Shown: positions 60,511-64,000 of the stretch, piece by piece
How positions within the stretch are numbered: the first letter of the stretch is position 1
How the letters are laid out: each line of letters begins with the position of its first letter
Source of the DNA: an uncultured Chloroflexia bacterium
GTDB taxonomy: Bacteria; Chloroflexota; Limnocylindria; Limnocylindrales; CSP1-4
NCBI GenBank assembly: GCA_963712745.1
Contig: CAVQJC010000005.1
Span: 288,001-352,000 of the forward strand
Direction: 5' to 3'
Length of the DNA: 64,000 nt
Position numbers and translations under genes: made by a program
The notes under the pieces: model-generated
Databases searched by the model: none
Told to the model about the DNA's origin: nothing
Seen by the model: the letters and a program-made list of their open reading frames with translations, nothing else

Positions 60511-60786
60511 CTCCCCGAGCATGAAGTGGCCCGTTTCGGGCTGCCTGCAAGCGGAAACGGCAGGGCCTGACCCCTGCGCGGCCAACCGCCAATCAGGCCG
60601 AGCCTATGAGTCGTGGCGGGCCTGGATCAACGAGTCGGGGCCGGTCTGGAGCGAGGTCGCAGGTGACATGCCTGTCCCCTGCCATTGACCGCGAAGCTGA
60701 CTGGTCTCGATCGAAGTCAGGGCGGTGCGGCACGCCGCGCCCCGGTCCCAGAGAGGCGGTCCTCCTACAGCAGGATCGTCGTCGGG

Positions 60787-60987
60787 CTAGTCGAAGTCGA
60801 AGATGCCCCGCCCGGCGGAGAACTGGAGCACAAGCCCACAACGCTGGCAGATCTTCATGACGACCTTGTGGCTCGTGATGCCCCAGCGCGAATCAAGACG
60901 GCCCCGCTGCGTGTCGAACTCCGTGCCCTGGCACAGCGGACAGCGCAGCACCGGCCTGGATCGCTCATCAGCCTGCTCCCAGGTCAT
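60787..60987 (-). CDS. Small zinc-ribbon protein
   Basis: CPLC...CQRC in 66 aa; GAGAGG RBS. Confidence 0.7.
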   Translation of the reverse strand: MTWEQADERSRPVLRCPLCQGTEFDTQRGRLDSRWGITSHKVVMKICQRCGLVLQFSAGRGIFDFD

Positions 60988-61270
60988 CGTCCTCTCCCTC
61001 CCTGCCAGTCGCTCGACACCATCCGGCGGCCATGGTCGGCGCGCGGTTCGCCATGGCCTCTCGCCGCCCAGCAGAGTGCCTGATACAACGAGCGACGTGC
61101 AAGAGGTTGGAGTCACCCCAGTCACGATCCGGTGATGCTGCGGACTCCGAACGTGCCGGGCGTTTTCACCTCTCGTAGGACGGGCGAGAGAGGCGTGGTT
61201 CCCGGCGCCGAGCTCGACGCCAGCGGTCTTGCTCCGGGCACCACTGTCCGCCTCGTGGGCGGCTGCCCGG

Positions 61271-61639
61271 TCAGGCGAGGCTAACGAGCGTGCGGCGCCC
61301 GATGGCATCGACGATGCTGACCTGCTGGACGTCACCGGCCTCGTCGCGATGCTGTCGGATGGTTCGAGGCTCGGCGATGACGTAGCTCACCGGCACCGCG
61401 CCCGACCCGTACTTGATGGTGAGGATCTGGCTCCTGCCGAACGTCTCGTATGCGACAGCGACCAGACGCTGGCCCTCCGCGAGGCGCACCTCCCCGGGCG
61501 TCCGGTCGGCCTGGCGCAGCACCAGCTCGCGCCCACCGTGCTCTGCCGTGGCCTTGGCGCACCAGGCGGGCCACTCCTCGCGTGGCACCTCGGTGATGTG
61601 GCCCTGGTCCTCTGCCGTCGTGTCTCGCTTGTCGGTCAT
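61271..61639 (-). CDS. Hypothetical protein (DUF5335-like)
   Basis: EVPREEWPAWC...AEHGGREL..., VIAEPRTI. Confidence 0.6.
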   Translation of the reverse strand: MTDKRDTTAEDQGHITEVPREEWPAWCAKATAEHGGRELVLRQADRTPGEVRLAEGQRLVAVAYETFGRSQILTIKYGSGAVPVSYVIAEPRTIRQHRDEAGDVQQVSIVDAIGRRTLVSLA

Positions 61640-61878
61640 GGCGTGCTCACTTCCCTGCTGGCTGACTGCCTACTAGGCTACCCGGCGTGACCGAATCGCT
61701 GGTGCGCTCCGTCCTCTCTGAGTCATCCGATGCGGCCGGGACCCCTCGCGCTGACGAGATGGTGGCAGGACCCGTTCCGGAGGATCAGCTTGCGTTCGTG
61801 GCGGTGAGCTCGATCAGTCTTCAGCTTCCCAACTCGCCACCATGTCCTCATGTTGCGGTTGCCCGTGTCGTCGCCTGT

Positions 61879-64000
61879 CTAGCTGCTCCCGAACACCTCG
61901 TCCCCGGCGACCTCGGCCAAGGGCTGGCCGCTGGCGTCGTAGCGGCGCATGACGACGCGGTCGAGATCCACCTCGAAGGCCGCGTCGTATGGCCAGGCAC
62001 TGACCCAGACTCCGGCGTCGCTCGCCGCCTCCACCCGGGCATAGCAGTCCCCGGCCACATCGGTGCAGGAATCGACGTCGAGCGACGTCCACCCATCGAA
62101 GGGGGCGTAGCGGACGAAGTCGGCACCGCCGTCGAGCAGTCCACTCATCCAGACGCCGTCGGACACGGGCCAGACGCGCCCGACGGCGGTCGCCCCATCA
62201 GGTGTCGCGACGCGTCCGATGATCGCGCCCGATGCCGGGTCGAACACGAGGACGTCGCGACCGGCGAGCTCGTCGTACAGCGCGACGTTCCCCTCATGGC
62301 CGGCGGCGAGCCGCAGGCGAGGTGTGACGTAGGTGCCCGGCTTGGTGCGCGGCAGCGCCGCATCCACCTCGAGCTCCCGCGGGGTCTTCCGGCCCGGTTC
62401 GACGATGCCCAACCGCAGGGGACGTCGTGCATCCGCCTTGGCGCCCTTCTTCGAGTAGAGGACCACGAGGCCGGATTCTGTCGGGGCCATCGCGACCACC
62501 CGCGGGAAGACCTGCGTCAAACCGCCGGTCCAGCGGTCGAGGCGGGCCAGTGACCAATCGTCGTAGTACTCGAGGGTCGCTTCGGGAGTCTTCTTCCAGG
62601 TGAGAGCCCAGAGATCCTCGCCCTGGGTCGCAGCGGCGTTGATGAAGGTGGGCTTGCGTCCCGTCGGCACCGGATAGGCCTCGAGCTCAGTCGGGCCCTC
62701 GAGTGGGAGACGGATGAAGCACTCGAGCACGGGGGTCTCCCATTGCGCGTCCGCGACCGTGAGCCAGGCGGCCTCGCCGTCCGTCTGGACGTAGGGTTGG
62801 CCGCCATGTGCTGCCGGACAGTCCGGATGCGAGACGTCCCAGCGGTCCAGGACCGCTCCGGTGAGATGACTCACTCGCGTCACTGTGTCGTCTTCGTAGA
62901 ACCAGAGGTCTCGGGCCGCGTCTTGCACAGGGGGTTCCGGAATCGGCTTGTGCTCCACGGGTGTGGGCTGCACGGGCGTGGGCGCACGTGTCGTTTCCGT
63001 GGGTGTGGGTGTCGGTGTGGCTTCGACGGGTGCAGGTGTCGGCGGCTCGGGTACGGCAGTGGCGGGAGTCCTGTCCTCGTCGACCTCCTCGACCGCATCC
63101 GCGGGCAGCCGCGACAGTCGCACCTTGTCGAGCAGCACGCCTATGTTGTCGCCGCCGTGCTGCTGGAACGACAGCCTGGCCTCGATATCTCGGTCCACCT
63201 CGATGTCGCGGACCACATGCTCGAAGCCGGTCATGTCGGGGCCATGGGGCATGCTGAATTCCCCGGTGAAGAGCTCACCCAGCGCCACCGTGACCGTTCC
63301 AGGCCCGGCGTAGGGATGGCCCGCAAGGTCGAACTCGAGCCGATACCGGCCTGGCGCGAGAGCGATCGCCTCTCTCGACACGAGCGTACCGCCGGCGTTG
63401 CGGCTGCCGTCGAGGTCGAGGAAGAGCCCGGGGTCCGGATGGAAGTCGTAGTACTCGTTGCCAAGGAGGTCGACCGTGCCTGACTCCACGGTCCAGTTCG
63501 CGAAGCCGCCGTAGTCGAGCATTCCCGTTTCGTCGTTCTCGTGGTCGAAGTCGTCTTCGAAGAGAACCGACGCTTCGGTGGTTGCCTCGATGCTGGGCCG
63601 CTCGTCTGGTTCGGGGTTCGCAACCACGAAGGTTGGCGGCACCAGCTCAGGCGCAACCGACCGCAACTGGCCCAACAGCTCATCGTCGAGGTCTTCCAGT
63701 CGGAACTCGGCTACCGGTCCGAACGATGTCTCGGCATCGAGAGTCACGGTCTGACCGACCAGGATCTCGGCCATGCCCTCGGAGGCCCGATCGTAGGCTT
63801 CGACCCCCCCTTCGATGGTGTAGATGTCGACGCTGTCTTCAACGTCGGCCAAGACCACGGAGTGCATGACGAGATCCACGCCCGCCATGTCCTCGGCGCC
63901 CATGAAGGCAAACAAGAGGCCGGCTCCGGCTTGGCCTACGCCCCAATGCTGCGCTGAGTCGTCATCGGACGTGGCGACAGTCGGCGTTGGTGTTGGACCC
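61879..64000 (-). CDS. Large multidomain protein, probably exported, 5'-partial
   Basis: Frame stays open to the window edge; Pro/Thr linkers; carbohydrate-binding-like domain (WTVESGTVDLLG, LDLDGS, DNIGVLLDKVRL); propeller-like C-terminus. Confidence 0.75.
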   Translation of the reverse strand, partial: GPTPTPTVATSDDDSAQHWGVGQAGAGLLFAFMGAEDMAGVDLVMHSVVLADVEDSVDIYTIEGGVEAYDRASEGMAEILVGQTVTLDAETSFGPVAEFRLEDLDDELLGQLRSVAPELVPPTFVVANPEPDERPSIEATTEASVLFEDDFDHENDETGMLDYGGFANWTVESGTVDLLGNEYYDFHPDPGLFLDLDGSRNAGGTLVSREAIALAPGRYRLEFDLAGHPYAGPGTVTVALGELFTGEFSMPHGPDMTGFEHVVRDIEVDRDIEARLSFQQHGGDNIGVLLDKVRLSRLPADAVEEVDEDRTPATAVPEPPTPAPVEATPTPTPTETTRAPTPVQPTPVEHKPIPEPPVQDAARDLWFYEDDTVTRVSHLTGAVLDRWDVSHPDCPAAHGGQPYVQTDGEAAWLTVADAQWETPVLECFIRLPLEGPTELEAYPVPTGRKPTFINAAATQGEDLWALTWKKTPEATLEYYDDWSLARLDRWTGGLTQVFPRVVAMAPTESGLVVLYSKKGAKADARRPLRLGIVEPGRKTPRELEVDAALPRTKPGTYVTPRLRLAAGHEGNVALYDELAGRDVLVFDPASGAIIGRVATPDGATAVGRVWPVSDGVWMSGLLDGGADFVRYAPFDGWTSLDVDSCTDVAGDCYARVEAASDAGVWVSAWPYDAAFEVDLDRVVMRRYDASGQPLAEVAGDEVFGSS

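Larger units (their letters stand above)
7896..64000. mobile_element. Tandem array of att-delimited cargo modules integrated at tRNA-Thr(CGT); the right boundary may lie at 60510 or beyond the window
   Basis: Nine direct repeats of the tRNA 3' half with shared flanking motifs separate unrelated accessory gene sets. Confidence 0.85.

Noticed and set aside
7941-64000. Prophage or conjugative element
   Set aside because: No structural, terminase, relaxase, T4SS or replication genes recognised

Overview
High-GC bacterial DNA. The signal-peptide style and ECF/anti-sigma cargo are reminiscent of Chloroflexota (Limnocylindria-like), which is a weak inference. Positions 1-7.8 kb look like ordinary chromosome: an FAD-linked oxidase, an aminobutyraldehyde dehydrogenase and a polyamine ABC transporter, followed by an intact tRNA-Thr(CGT) at 7866-7940. 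Everything downstream is a tandem array of 1.4-16 kb cargo modules. The modules are separated by nine direct copies of the tRNA 3' 45 bp (16677, 21567, 32857, 34396, 35815, 39426, 55884, 58627, 60466), plus two more decayed cores (8621, 16540). Each copy starts exactly at the 7-nt anticodon loop, and most carry a shared downstream segment with TGACCCCT repeats 58-59 bp after the CCA, an attP-like architecture. No intact integrase is present in the window; only a probable decayed integrase C-terminus is seen at about 21130-21390. Cargo includes VapBC, an NrfC/NrfD-type module with three unknown exported proteins and a two-component system, a partner-switching (PP2C/RsbW/RsbV) module with ABC exporter, a DUF4143 ATPase, Fic, an ECF sigma/anti-sigma pair, a 15-gene sugar-acid/CoA catabolic cluster with a three-copy operator, a BTAD-TPR regulator and an AbiE-like pair. 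Several single-base frameshifts may be sequencing errors.
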